Origin: Macrostomum lignano
Taxonomy: Eukaryota
Direction: 5' to 3'
DNA length: 64,000 nt
Assembly (NCBI GenBank): GCA_002269645.1
Contig: NIVC01001116.1
Coordinates: 1-64,000, forward strand
Each line of letters starts with the position of its first letter. Position 1 is the first letter of the stretch. Made by a program: the position numbers and the translations under genes. Below the pieces are notes generated by a model that made no database searches, was not told the DNA's origin, and saw nothing but the letters and a program-made list of their open reading frames with translations. Of this stretch, positions 34,414 through 47,900 are shown piece by piece.

Positions 34414-37400
34414 TCAGCACCAAACGCACCACGAAGGGACTTTACAGTCGCTTTCGACATTGGTCCAACCTGTAAATTGTGGTTTTGGACAAAATTTGCT
34501 TACACGCCTTCTGATGATTTAGTGGTTAGATAAATGGAAAATTGATGGTACAAAATAAACATGAACGTTACGTGAAACTTTTGGGGCGTTCAGAATTCAG
34601 AATTTTAGAAAAACAAATTAAATTTAAATATGATAGATACAGCGAATAAAATATTACTTACGAAATATTGAAACAGGATCTATTCGAAAAAGTTAAATAA
34701 TATAAAAGTGACGACAGTAAACTAATCAACTTGATTAAGTGAACCGAAAGAGTTAATATTATGCAACTTCGTATATTATAAGTAAGGGACGTCAACTAAA
34801 GCGAGAGTAAATTGTACCTCGGGAAGCCGTACTAAAAGCTTGGGACTAAACAATAATTGCACCACCTGCTATCTATTACTACAAGATAAACACAAATACT
34901 TGAAAGCTACAAAGACCACTAGCTAGTCAAAGAACACAAAGACTACAAAGACCCCTAATTACGAGCAATAAACATAAAGATTTAAAAGCTACAAAGACCA
35001 CCAGTCAGAGAACACAAAGACTACAAAGACCCCTAATTACGAGTAATAAACACAAATACTTGAAAGCTACAAAGACCGCTAGTCAAAGAACACAAAGACT
35101 ACAAAGACCCCTAATTACGAGTAATAAACATAAAGATTTAAAAGCTACAAAGACCACCAGTCAGAGAACACAAAGACTACAAAGACCCCTAATTACGAGT
35201 AATAAACACAAATACTTGAAAGCTACAAAGACCGCTAGTCAAAGAACACAAAGACTACAAAGACCCCTAATTACGAGTAATAAACATAAAGATTTAAAAG
35301 CTACAAAGACCGTTAGTTATACAGTTACACATGGTTTAACGTATTCTTTCAGCTATTTGTTTGTAGCAAAATAGTTCATTGCAGGATTAAAAAAAGTAAA
35401 ATTAGGCTAATTATTTCTCTGAATCATCGATTTCATCATTTTAATCCTAATAGGCTGGCAAAGGTGAAGCACACGAAAGCTTTTAAAGTCTGCAAACCCA
35501 CAGGCCCAAATTTTCAGCAACTCACGTACCATCAAGACAGACTTTTTCGCCATCCTTCGAGCAACTGTAGTGACCATTGGTGTCGTCATTCATTTCAACG
35601 CAATTTTTGTTACACAGCGACCCGTAGAAGTTCGTCTTGCAGATGAAACGGTAGTTGATGGCCAACCTGAATTATTTAAGAAATACATGCACAATTGTAG
35701 GCGTTAGGATTCTGGCAGGAACACTGCGTTGGGCTGGCGTCCCTATTGTTGGCGCAACTAGTGCTGACGCCCTTGGTGCTAAAGCCCCTGGTGCTAAAGC
35801 CCCTGGTGCTAAAGCCCCTGGTGCTAAAGCCCCTGGTGCTAAAGCCCCTGTTGCTAAAGCCCCTGGTGCTAAAGCCCCTGGTGCTAAAGCCCCTGGTGCT
35901 AAAGCCCCAGTTGCTAAAGCCCCTGGTGCTAAAGCCCCTGTTGCTAAAGCCCCTGGTGCTAAAGCCCCTGGTGCTAAAGCCCCTGTTGCTAAAGCCCCTG
36001 GTGCTAAAGCTCCTGTTGCTAAAGCCCCGGATGCTAAAGCACCGGGTGGTAGAGCCCCTGTTGCTAAAGGCCCTGGTGCTAAAGCCCCTGGTGCTAAAGC
36101 CCCTGGTGCTAAAGCCCCTGGTGCTAAAGCCCCAGTTGCTAAAGCCCCTGGTGCTAAAGCCCCTGTTGCTAAAGCCCCTGGTGCTAAAGCCCCTGGTGCT
36201 AAAGCCCCTGTTGCTAAAGCCCCTGGTGCTAAAGCTCCTGTTGCTAAAGCCCCGGATGCTAAAGCACCGGGTGGTAGAGCCCCTGTTGCTAAAGGCCCTG
36301 GTGCTAAAGCCCCTGGTGCTAAAGCCCCTGTTGCTAAAGCCCCTGGTGCTAAAGCCCCTGGTGCTAAAGCCCCTGTTGCTAAAGCCCCTGGTGCTAAAGC
36401 TCCTGTTGCTAAAGCCCCGGATGCTAAAGCACCGGGTGGTAGAGCCCCTGTTGCTAAAGGCCCTGGTGCTAAAGCCCCTGTTGCTAAAGCCCCTGGTGCT
36501 AAAGCCCCTGGTGCTAAAGCCCCTGTTGCTAAAGCCCCTGGTGCTAAAGCCACTGGTGCTAAAGCCCCTAGTGCTAAAGCCCCTGGTGCTAAAGCCCCTG
36601 ATGCTAAAGCCTCTGATGCTAAAGCACCTTGTGCTAAAGCCCCGGATGCTAAAGCCTCTGATGCTAAAGCACCTGGTGCTAAAGCCCCTGATGCTAAAGC
36701 CTCTGATGCTAAAGCACCTTGTGCTAAAGCCCTGGATGCTAAAGCACCGGGTGGTAGCGTCCCTGGTGCTATTAAAGCCCCTAGTGCTAAAGCCCCTGGT
36801 GCTAAAGCCCCTGATGCTAAAGCCTCTGATGCTAAAGCACCTTGTGCTAAAGCCCTGGATGCTAAAGCACCGGGTGGTAGCGTCCCTGGTGCTATTAAAG
36901 CCCCTGTTGCTAAAGCCCTTATTGTAAACAGACTATGCATTATAAAACTGTTATCAAAAAGCTAAAAGCTGCAAACCTGTGCTTGGTGCTCGGACTAACC
37001 AAGTTGGCATATTGTGCAGTCTGGCTGGGAGCCAGCATATGGGCAAATATGTCCATTGGTTTGTTCTTGCCGCTGGGGTCATAGTCGTCAACGGTCACTA
37101 TAAGATATATATGCGCCTAAAAGATATAAGAATAAAAGTTGTAATTCGATCAGATGAAACTTGATACGTGAGACAGCAGCGTGATACATTTTTTAGCATT
37201 ACCGGATCGTCCATTTTCACGTCGAAACTGATTGGATTGACCATATTATCAATCACGGTTCCAAATTTGAACACAGTGCCTCGACTGAAGTGGTCAGTCT
37301 GCTTGTAGCTGAACAGTGCCTCTCTGAAATATGTACAGTGCCTTACTTTTACGACTATTAATAGTTATAATATTATTTTAATTGATTACACCTGCCCTAA

Positions 37401-40400
37401 TGGCCAGATGTGCAACCGACAGCTCAGCCGCAGCTATTGCGCGGCGCATCTGAAGGCTGCGTACGGCTGTTCAGTCCAAGGACTGGGGGGGTCGCCACAC
37501 GCACCCTCAATTACCCCAGCTAATGCTGGCACCAATTTTACAGCTGGGTGAACTGAAGCAATGCAGAGTTAAGTGTCTTCATGCTCAAGAGCACAAATTG
37601 GTCCGAGTGGGTCGAGAATCGAACCCCCGACCTTTCTGTAGTGAGTCCGACGCTCTAACCAGTAGGCTACAACCCCTAAATGATATACAGTCTTCCAAAT
37701 ACAATTAAAATTGATTAAAAGAATACATAGTTATACAGGGCACCACATTAGGAGTGACAGCTGAGTGACAAATTGATCATCTGAGTGACGAGGTGATGGT
37801 TTGAGTGACAAATTGATCATCTGAGGGACGAGGTGATGGTTTGAGTGACAAATTGATCATCTGAGGGACGAGGTGATGGTTTGAGTGACAAATTGATCAT
37901 CTGAGTGACGAGTTGATGGTTTGAGTGACAAATTGATCATCTGAGTGACGAGGTGATGGTTTGAGTGACAAATTGATCATCTGAGTGACGAGGTGATGGT
38001 TTGAGTGACAAATTGATCATCTAAGGGACGAGTTGATGGTTTTAGTGACAAATTGATCATCTGAGTGACAAATTGAGCATCTGAGGGACGAGGTGATGGT
38101 TTGAGTGACAAATTGATCATCTGAGGGACGAGGTGATGGTTTGAGTGACAAATTGATCATCTGAGTGACGAGTTGATGGTTTGAGTGACAAATTGATCAT
38201 CTGAGTGACGAGGTGATGGTTTGAGTGACAAATTGATCATCTGAGTGACGAGGTGATGGTTTGAGTGACAAATTGATCATCTAAGGGACGAGTTGATGGT
38301 TTTAGTGACAAATTGATCATCTGAGTGACAAATTGAGCATCTGAGTGACAAATTGAGCATCTGAGTGACAAATTGATCATCTGAGTGACGAGTTGATGGT
38401 TTGAGTGACAAATTGATCATCTGAGTGACGACGTGATGGTTTGAGTGACAAATTGATCATCTGAGTGACGAGGTGATGGTTTGAGTGACAAATTGATCAT
38501 CTAAGGGACGAGTTGATGGTTTTAGTGACAAATTGATCATCTGAGTGACAAATTGATCATCTGAGTGACAAATTGAGCATCTGAGTGACAAATTGAGCAT
38601 CTGAGTGACAAATTGAGCATCTGAGTGACAAATTGAGCATCTGAGTGACAAATTGAGCATCTGAGTGACAAATTGATCATCTGAGTGACGAGGTGATGGT
38701 TTGAGTGACAAATTGATCATCTGAGTGACGACGTGATGGTTTGAGTGACAAATTGATCATCTGAGTGACGAGGTGATGGTTTGAGTGACAAATTGATCAT
38801 CTAAGGGACGAGTTGATGGTTTTAGTGACAAATTGATCATCTGAGTGACAAATTGATCATCTGAGTGACAAATTGAGCATCTGAGTGACAAATTGAGCAT
38901 CTGAGTGACAAATTGAGCATCTGAGTGACAAATTGAGCATCTGAGTGACAAATTGATCATCTGAGTGACGAGGTGATGGTTTGAGTGACAAATTGATCAT
39001 CTGAGATACAAATTGAGCATCTGAGTGACAAATTGAGCAACTGAGTGACAAATTAAGCTTCTGAGTGACAAATTGAGCATCTGAGTGACAAATTGAGCAT
39101 CTGAGTGACAAATTGAGCATCTGAGTGACAAATTAAGCATCTGAGTAGCAAATTAAGCATCTGAGTGACACATTGATCATCTGAGTGACAAATTAAGCAT
39201 CTGAGTGACAAATTAAGCATCTGAGTGACAAATTAAGCATCTGAGTGACAAATTGATCATCTGAGTGACAAATTGATCATCTGAGTGACAAATTGATCAT
39301 CTGAGTGACAAATTGATCATCTGAGTGACAAATTGATCATCTGAGTGACAAATTGATCATCTGAGTGACAAATTGATCATCTGAGTGACAAATTGATCAT
39401 CTGAGTGACAAATTGATCATCTGAGTGACAAATTGAGCATCTGAGTGACAAATTAAGCATCTGAGTGACAAATTGAGCATCTGAGTGACAAATTAAGCAT
39501 CTGAGTGACAAATTAGGCATCTGAGTGACAAATTGAGCATCTGAGTGACACATTGATCATCTGAGTGATAAATTGAGCATCTGAGTGACAAATTAAGCAT
39601 CTGAGTGACAAATTAGGCATCTGAGTGACAAATTGAGCATCTGAGTGACACATTGATCATCTGAGTGACAAATTGAGCATCTGAGTGACAAATTGAGCAT
39701 CTGAGTGACAAATTGAGCATCTGAGTGACAAATTGAGCATCTTGAGTGACAAATTGAGCATCTGAGTGACAAATTAAGCATCTGAGTGACAAATTGATCA
39801 TCTGAGTGACAAATTGATCATCTGAGTGACAAATTGATCATCTGAGTGATAAATTGAGCATCTGAGTGACAAATTAAGCATCTGAGTGACAAATTAGGCA
39901 TCTGAGTGACAAATTGAGCATCTGAGTGACACATTGATCATCTGAGTGACAAATTGAGCATCTGAGTGACAAATTAAGCATCTGAGTGACAAATTAGGCA
40001 TCTGAGTGACAAATTGAGCATCTGAGTGACACATTGATCAACTGAGTGACAAATTGAGCATCTGAGTGACAAATTGAGCATCTGAGTGACAAATTGAGCA
40101 TCTGAGTGACAAATTGAGCATCTTGAGTGACAAATTGAGCATCTGAGTGACAAATTAAGCATCTGAGTGACAAATTGATCATCTGAGTGACAAATTGAGC
40201 ATTTGAGTGACAAATTGATCATCTGAGTGACAAATTGATCATCTGATGTACTGTACAAATTGATCATCTGAGTGACATATTGATCATCTGAGTGACAAAT
40301 TAAGCATCTGAGTGACAAATCGATCATTTGAAATTTGAGCTTCTGGGCGAAACTTTGATCAGCTCACCAACCATCACCACAGATCCAAAGAGTCACTGAA

Positions 40401-40637
40401 ACTGAACTGTAAAAATACTTGAAGACAACAAACGATTCATTAATAAATTTTCTCTGGGCCTGACCCGTTGCCTCCCTCGCGCATCACTTCGAACTTGAAA
40501 ATGGGGTCGCAGTCTGCGAGCCGCATCCCGGTGAAGTCGGTTTCGCAGAAAACTCCATCGGCCAACTTTGCGTCTTTGTTTTCGTACCGAATAAACTTGA
40601 TGCTCAGCTCCGCGTTGCCTGTCTCTCTGGCCACGTT
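34414..40637 (-). CDS. Short Notch-ligand-like protein (C2/MNNL + DSL, no EGF array or TM); exons 40637-40465, 37323-37203, 37116-36977, 35666-35530, 34469-34414; 5' exon not located
   Basis: GT-AG, phase-compatible exons give 208 aa: ELSIKFIRYEN..AKLADGVFC...CDPIFKF...NPISF...IVTVDDYD...CKTNFYGSLCNKNCVEMNDDTNGHYSCSKDGEKVCLDGWTNVESDC. Confidence 0.8.
34870..35315 (+). repeat. Compound minisatellite containing AAAGCTACAAAGACC units
   Basis: Visible tandem units; related to 46200-46770. Confidence 0.85.
35775..36920 (+). repeat. 15-bp minisatellite (GCTAAAGCCCCTGGT)n, inside a DSL gene intron
   Basis: More than 70 units; produces the AKAPG/ALAPG/LKPLV ORFs in the track. Confidence 0.95.
37381..37677 (-). 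mobile_element. tRNA-derived SINE (copy 2)
   Basis: Reverse complement begins GGGGTTGTAGCCTACTGGTTAGAGCG...GGTTCGATTCTCG (A and B boxes) and matches copy 1. Confidence 0.8.
37752..40330 (+). repeat. 20-bp satellite (CTGAGTGACAAATTGATCAT)n with 40-bp dimeric variant in the first half
   Basis: Visible tandem array of about 2.6 kb inside a DSL gene intron. Confidence 0.97.
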
Positions 40638-40694
40638 CTGGGACACCGTCAGGGGGGGAGCATGATTTATTAGTCAAAGGCGACAGACAAATCG

Positions 40695-40815
40695 CTCATA
40701 CTCATGCTCATACTCATGCTCATGCTCATACTCATGCTCATACTCGTGCTCATACTCATGCTCATACTCGTGCTCATACTCATGCTCACACTCATACTTA
40801 TTCTCATGCTCATTC
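40695..40815 (+). repeat. (ATACTCATGCTC)n simple repeat
   Basis: Visible. Confidence 0.85.
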
Positions 40816-41264
40816 TAATTACCAATGGGAAAGCCGTTGTTATACTTTTATCGCTGTTTTAGGTGCGCGTTCTTCCCCTGGCCTATTGTTCGTGTACGAA
40901 CCCCAAATAAAATTGGTCGCACGCAAAGTGTCTAATTCAGCTTAGGAAAAATAAAAAATCGATGTAGCTACATGCAAACTCACCAAATGAAACAGTAGCC
41001 ACAATAAACAAATGAAATAGTTTAATTCGACTTGCTGCATGTCTTTCAATCTTCGACGGTCCCGAGAACCGATCTTTCTACGAGTAATACGAGCGAAATG
41101 CGATATTCTGTAGACACTATTATAGAAAATAATCGGACTATTTTCGAATAACTTTTAACTACATGTATTTTGTCTATGTTAAAGACTTTTAATTACAAAT
41201 ATCAAAAATAAACCAGAACTACAGAAGCCATTTTAACTCGAAAATAAATAAAAAATTTATGCCT

Positions 41265-41595
41265 GGGTCGTGCGTACATTAGGGGGTGAGAGGGCTAGGT
41301 CTGGATCGTGCGTACATTAGGGGTGAGAGGGCTAGGTCTGGGTCGTGCGTACATTAGGGGTGAGAGGGCTAGGCCTGGGTCGTGCGTACATTAGGGGTGA
41401 GAGGGCTAGGTCTGGATCGTGCGTACATTAGGGGTGAGAGGGCTAGGTCTGGGTCGTGCGTACATTAGGGGTGAGAGGGCTAGGCCTGGGTCGTGCGTAC
41501 ATTAGGGGTGAGAGGGCTAGGCCTGGGTCGTGCGTACATTAGGGGTGAGAGGGCTAGGTCTGGGTCGTGCGTACATTAGGGGTGAGAGGGTTGGC
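41265..41595 (+). repeat. 37-bp G-rich minisatellite (CGTGCGTACATTAGGGGTGAGAGGGCTAGG...)
   Basis: About 9 tandem units. Confidence 0.9.
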
Positions 41596-42494
41596 CTCAT
41601 CCGATGCTCGGAATTCGGTGGTAGCAATCAAAACGAAAATAAAAATCTTTTCAAAGGGTCATAGTAATAGACCACTTTTGCAGAGAGAAATAAAGTTAAA
41701 AGAAAGCAGTTTAAATCTAGGGCACAATTTCGGACATTGGTCAATATGCAGGCTTATTAAACTTGACGTATTGTTGATATTGAAATCATATTTTATATTT
41801 TTAATATATCTGTTCGAAGAAACGGAACTCGAAAAAGAACAGAAAAGCGTCTGTGGGGTTCAAAGTGAGATATAATTTATAGAGTAAGAAATCTCGCACT
41901 GCTCAATGTAATACCGATTGCATGAGAGCATTATTTATAAGTGTAGTATGCATATATATACACTACCAAGACGCAAACGACAAAGCCATTTATAGACTTA
42001 AATTTAATATACTGAAATCTCAACTAGAAATATGAAGTCACGGGCCAATTACCAGAAAATGGTTAAATCAGGAAAAGCTGACCAGGTTATTATGTCCGAG
42101 TCTGCGGATATGAAGGTGACTTAATAAAACAAGCAAGATTACAGTAAAGCAAATATACAAACCAATAACAGGTTGCAGTGAGATTTAGGATTCAAAACTT
42201 TATTGAAATTTGTGCTGATGTTGATTCTAATAATGAAATGATAATATAATAATATTGCCAGTAAAAATGTTAAATAACAAGGGTCATTAGTAAAGCAAGA
42301 AGAGATAACTCCACTCTTTCTTTGGAACTTACTAAAGTTTATATTTATATCTCAGTAACGCATAATTGCTTTGTTGACACATCCGAAAATTCATAATTAG
42401 GCGATAGAATAAGAGATAAAAAGTTTATGCAGTTAGACAATAATAATTTCGATTTTAGGAGTCACTCTGAACTAGGGGAAAATTAGGTTTGGTC

Positions 42495-43310
42495 TGGACC
42501 GTGCGTACATTATGGGATGAGGGGTTGGTCAAAGGCATGCGTACATTAGGTTTGAGAGACATTAGTCAGGGGTACGTACATTAGGGGTGAGAGGGGTTGG
42601 TCAGGGGTGCGAACATTAGGGGTGAGAGGGGTTGGTCAGGGGTGCGAACATTAGGGGTGAGAGGGATTGGTCAGGGGTGCGAACATTAGGGGTGAGAGGG
42701 GTTGGTCAGGGGTGCGAACATTAGGGGTGAGAGGGATTGGTCAGGGGTGCGTACATTATGGGGTGAGGGGTGTTGGTCTGGGGGTGCGTACATTAGGGAT
42801 GAGAGGGGTTGGTCAGGGGTGCGTACATTAGGGATGAGAGGGGTTGGTCAGGGGTGCGAACATTAGGGATGAGAGGGATTGGTCAGGGGTGCGTACATTA
42901 TGGGGTGAGGGGTGTTGGTCTGGGGGTGCGTACATTAGGGATGAGAGGGGTTGGTCAGGGGTGCGTACATTAGGGATGAGAGGGGTTGGTCAGGGGTGCG
43001 AACATTAGGGATGAGAGGGGTTGGTCAGGGGTGCGAACATTAGGGGTGAGAGGGGTTGGTCAGGGGTGCGAACATTAGGGGTGAGAGGGGTTGGTCAGGG
43101 GTGCGAACATTAGGGGTGAGAGGGGTTGGTCAGGGGTGCGAACATTAGGGGTGAGAGGGATTGGTCAGGGGTGCGTACATTAGGGGTGAGAGGGATTGGT
43201 CAGGGGTGCGTACATTATGGGGTGAGGGGTGTTGGTCTGAGGGTGCGTACATTAGGGATGAGAGGGGTTGGTCAGGGGTGCGAACATTAGGGGTGAGAGG
43301 GGTTGGTCTA
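42495..43310 (+). repeat. About 35-bp G-rich minisatellite related to 41265-41595
   Basis: ACATTAGGGGTGAGAGGGGTTGGTCAGGGGTGCGA units. Confidence 0.9.
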
Positions 43311-44394
43311 GTCCACGAGTAGCCAGTCTAAATTACAACTATCAATAGGACACAAACTTTAATAGTATTATCTTACACAGGTTTTTTTAAGGATTTGCCC
43401 ATTATCAAATCTTGTACAACATTTACTTGGAAATTAAAAACAATGGTAAAAGTTTTCTAGGAAAAGTGACGATATCTCTGGTTATATATGATATCAATAT
43501 AAAAGTATAATTCGTCACAGTTAAAGATTTTTACAAAGAACTCAAGTAATAAAGTACGATACTCGCATAATAATTAGTGTAAGCAATTAAAGTTTATAAA
43601 AAAACAACTTGAACGTAATGTTAGTCGACTCTTAATTGCAACACCTTAAGTAGGTGGGGAATCAAAAGTAAAATAAGTGAGTTATTAATGATGAGTTGAT
43701 AAAAAAAATAACAGAAGCAAAGAAGCAGAAAAGTGATCTTCAGAAAGATTATTAATATATGTATAGAGTACTCACTTATGCAAAATCTTTACAGATACAC
43801 AGATAATGATTGGGGCCAAGATAAAACAAAAATAAACTTACTAGCTAAAAATAAGTTTACAAAACACGGTAACGAGTTTTAATAACCACAACTATTGCTA
43901 GTCAAAAAGCTACTTACAGTAAAGGTGCGCAACAGTAGCTATTATAATAGTTAATATTTACGATTCAGAACTCGTATTCGAAGAAATCAATGACAATTAT
44001 GACTCACTGGTGTGTTGTCAAAACAAAGATGGGATTAGTAGGAGTGCTATTTTTTCGATTGACTTTTTCTATCTATTTTGCAAGGCATTGACAAATGGTT
44101 CATTAATTTGTTTAGGAAAATTTTACACGATTATCAAACCTACTGCACACCTATCAACATGTTGCTTCTTTATCAGTTTCTTTATCATTTTCTTTATCAG
44201 TACCAGACATCAAATTAGCCGATGCAATTATTAATTACTCACTACTCAATAACAGGCGACAGTAATTAAGAAAACAACGATTACTTTTATCTTATCTCTA
44301 TTGATTGCTAGACCGTAATTATGACCTATCAGGTATCAGGCATCTCTATATACGTATAGCATATGCCTTGTATCGTATTTAGAAGAACATTGTC

Positions 44395-44760
44395 GGGGCC
44401 GTAGCCCAGTGGTCTAGCGCGGCGCTCTGATGTGCCAGCGGCCCAGGCTCGATTCCAAGTACAGTCACATTAATTTGGGGCTGAATTGGAATCTCGGCTT
44501 GGCTCTGCTCGTGTAATTAACGGCCTTGAAGGCCAACTCCCAAGACACAGTGAAGTGTACATGCCTACAGATAAATAAAGTTAGGGCCGCTGTACACTCC
44601 TGTGTGAGTGTGTGCCTGTGCGTATGACTGCGTACGTATCCGCGCGCTTGTTGCCTGCTCAGGGGAGTCGGCGGAATGGGCAGCAATGCTGGTTGTGTGA
44701 CAATGTCGCTTAAAGTGCACCAGGGTGCATACAGTCCCTGTTTCTAATAAAAAAGGAGTT
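44395..44760 (+). mobile_element. Probable second family of tRNA-derived SINE (or tRNA pseudogene head)
   Basis: GGGGCCGTAGCCCAGTGGTCTAGCGCGG...GGCTCGATTCC A/B-box-like head; no intact acceptor stem; A-rich end. Confidence 0.45.
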
Positions 44761-44971
44761 ATTAAAATACTATTTATAATACAAAATATTAGCTTGCCAA
44801 CCCATCCCATCCGCAATGAATAGTGGAGACTGATTGTATCGCAATAAAAACGGCCTGGACTGACACCTGGGGCGCCCAAGCGAAAAAAACTGCTACTACT
44901 ACTATTACTACAAGTAGTAGAACACAGTAAATCAATTTGACTTCGCTAGGTTTTTCTTCAATCGTTTTACA

Positions 44972-47900
44972 TCAACCACTCTCGTTCTCGGCCAAGCGCT
45001 CTTTGGCGATCTGCTCGCAGCAGTAGACTAAAGCGGAGTGCAGGTGTGTGTGCAGCCGGATCTGCCTGGGCGGCTTTCCGCCCGCCCGGCGAACCTGCAG
45101 ACAGAAGCAGCCGGTGTCCTCGTCTGAACTCCAGGCTAGGACGTCCGACCAATCGAATCTGATCACCTGGGATTGTTTTCCAGCGAAGGGACCAATGTAT
45201 TCGAGACGGGCAATCCGAAGCAATTATTGATACTAAAGAATCGAGCTTATAAACCATAAATATTGCCTAGATTTAAAACCGAAAGTGAGGAATGTTGGAG
45301 TAAACAGTGGAAACCGGAAGCGAGATGCTGAAGTGAACAATGGAAACCGGAAGTGGGGAATGCTGAGATAAACAATGAAAACCGGAAGTGACCCGGGATG
45401 CTGAAGTTAACAGTGAAAACCGGAAGTGAGGGATGCTGAAGGGAAAAATGGAAATCGGAAGTGAGGGATGCTGAAGTGAACAATGGAAACCGGAAGTCAA
45501 AAATGTTGAAGTGAACAATGGAAACTGGAAGTGAGGGATGCTGAAATAAACAATGGAAACCGAAAGGGATGGATGCTGAAGTGAATAATGGAAACCGGAA
45601 ATGAGAGATTCTGAAATAAACATTGGAAACCGGAATTGAGGGATGCTGAATTGAACAATGGAAACCGGAAGTGAGGGATGCTGAAGTTAACAGTGGAAAC
45701 CGGAAGTGAGGGATGCTGAAGTTAACAGTGGAAACCGGAAATGAGATACTGGAGTAAACAATGAAAACCGGAAGTGAGAGACGCTGAAGTTAACAGTGAA
45801 AACCGGAAGTGAGAGATGCTGAAGTGTCCGTTCTGAAGTCTCACCTGTTCCAACGGCGCGCCAATCTCGTCGGCTGCCTGCAGTCGCAGAGCCGCCCAGC
45901 CCAGCCGTGGAATGACGCGGCCCTCTTTTCTAGCGTCGCAGGGGCAGTGCGGAAACGCCACCTCGGCGTAGCCAGGTTGTTGCCTGGCCAAGCTGAGGTA
46001 TTCGGCTTCGCCACCCGGCTCGGCAAGGCGCTCCTGAGCGCGCTTCATCTCCGGAGTGGCCTGTATGAGGAAGCCCTGTAGGGAGAGGGTGTCACATTTG
46101 TAAACAAAACAAATGAAGGAAACAAATACTGGAGCATGTAGAAATGTAGAAACACAGAGAGTGAAACTATACTACAAAGACTGCGAATTGGGAAAATTCA
46201 AAAAGATAGAGGCTACAAAGACCACTAATTAAATCAATACGAAGACTTGAAAGCTACAAAGACCACTAATTAGATACAAACAAAGACCTGAAAGCTACAA
46301 AGACCACTAATTAGATCAATACGAAGAGTTGAAAGCTACAAAGACCACTGATTAGATACAAACAAAGACCTGAAAACTACAAAGACCACTAATTAGATCA
46401 AAAACCCGAATGCTACAAAGACCACTGATTAGATACAAAAACCCGAATGCTACAAAGACCACTGATTAGATACAAAGACCCGAATGCTACAAAGACCCGA
46501 AAGCTACAAAGACCACTAATTAGATACAAAGACCCGAAAGCTACAAAGACCACTGATTAGATACAAAGACCCGAAAGCTACAAAGACCACTGATTAGATA
46601 CAAAGACCCGAATGCTACAAAGACCACTGATTAGATACAAAGACCCGAAAGCTACAAAGACCACTGATTAGATACAAAGACCCGAATGCTACAAAGACCA
46701 CTGATTAGATACAAAGACCCGAATGCTACAAAGACCACTAATTAGATACAAAGACCCGAAAGCTACAAAGAAAGTACCTGACAGGCCTCTTCAACAGCCT
46801 GAGCGCACAGCAAGTGCAGGGCGGCGCTACTAGCCGAGATCAGGGCAGCCTCAGCTGAGGGACTGAACAGCCACCGTTTGAGCAGCAGGCAGGTAGCGGC
46901 TGACACGGCCGAGCTGCAATAATTTTGCACATACAGAGCGTGCGGCTGCTCAGAGTCGGCAACCCGCCTATCGAATCCCTCTTCTTCGGTTTCGAATAGC
47001 GCAAAAGAGTTGCGCAACAATTGCTGCTGCTGCTGTTGGGCAGGCGTTGACAAGCCGGCCTTGTCCAGCACTAGCGATACAACGTTAATAGCTTTCTCAG
47101 TTCGGCCACACCGGATAGCAACTAATCTTCGATCTGGTAGCAGCACTTTCATTTCTACATCAGCATGCGGATCGGAGCTGGTTAGAAACTCCTGCATAGC
47201 CGAGCATTCAGCGATGACGCGGACAGCGCAGACGCGTTCCAGATATTTTTCTAGGCCTCGGCGACGGCTGTCCAGTTGCTGCTCGCTCAGGGCGAACGGC
47301 CAGCGACCTGTCAGTTGGAGAGCAGTCGGTTTACCTTTTAATAATTATTATCTAAATATTTTCGAGTCTTTTATGATTTGCTTTGTGTAAGTAGAGACAC
47401 TCATAGAGATGTTGCTTTATAGATCTATAGACACTCATAGATGTTGCTTTATAGATCTAGAGACACTTATAGATGTTGCTTTATCGATGTAGAGACACTT
47501 ATAGATGTTGCTTTATAGATCTAGAGACCCTTAACTTGTAGATGTTGCTTTATAGATCTAGAGACACTTAACTTGTAGATGTTGCTTTATAGATCTAGAG
47601 ACACTTAACTTGTAGATGTTGCTTTATAGATCTAGAGACCCTTAACTTGTAGATGTTGCTTTATAGATCTAGAGACACTTAACTTGTAGATGTTGCTTTA
47701 TAGATCTAGAGACACTTAACTTGTAGATGTTGCTTTATAGATCTAGAGACCCTTAACTTGTAGATGTTGCTTTATAGATCTAGAGACACTTATAGACATG
47801 TTGCTTTATAGATCTAGAGATCCTTATAGACATGTTGTTTTATAGATCTAGAGACCCTTAACTTTTAGATGTTGCTTTATAGATCTAGATACCCTAATAG

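Noticed and set aside
35672-36940. 422-436-aa repeat ORFs (AKAPG, ALAPG, LKPLV) as real genes
   Set aside because: Products of a stop-free 15-bp minisatellite inside an intron of the DSL gene.
32918-37677. Large inverted repeat as the ends of one transposon
   Set aside because: The two arms are independent, diverged SINE copies with tRNA heads, not TIRs.
37752-40330. CRISPR-like array or coding ORFs (MINLSLRCSICHSD...)
   Set aside because: No unique spacers and no cas genes; plain 20/40-bp satellite in eukaryotic intronic DNA.
44395-44470. Functional tRNA gene
   Set aside because: A/B-like boxes present but acceptor stem and cloverleaf do not close, and the sequence continues as a SINE-like body.
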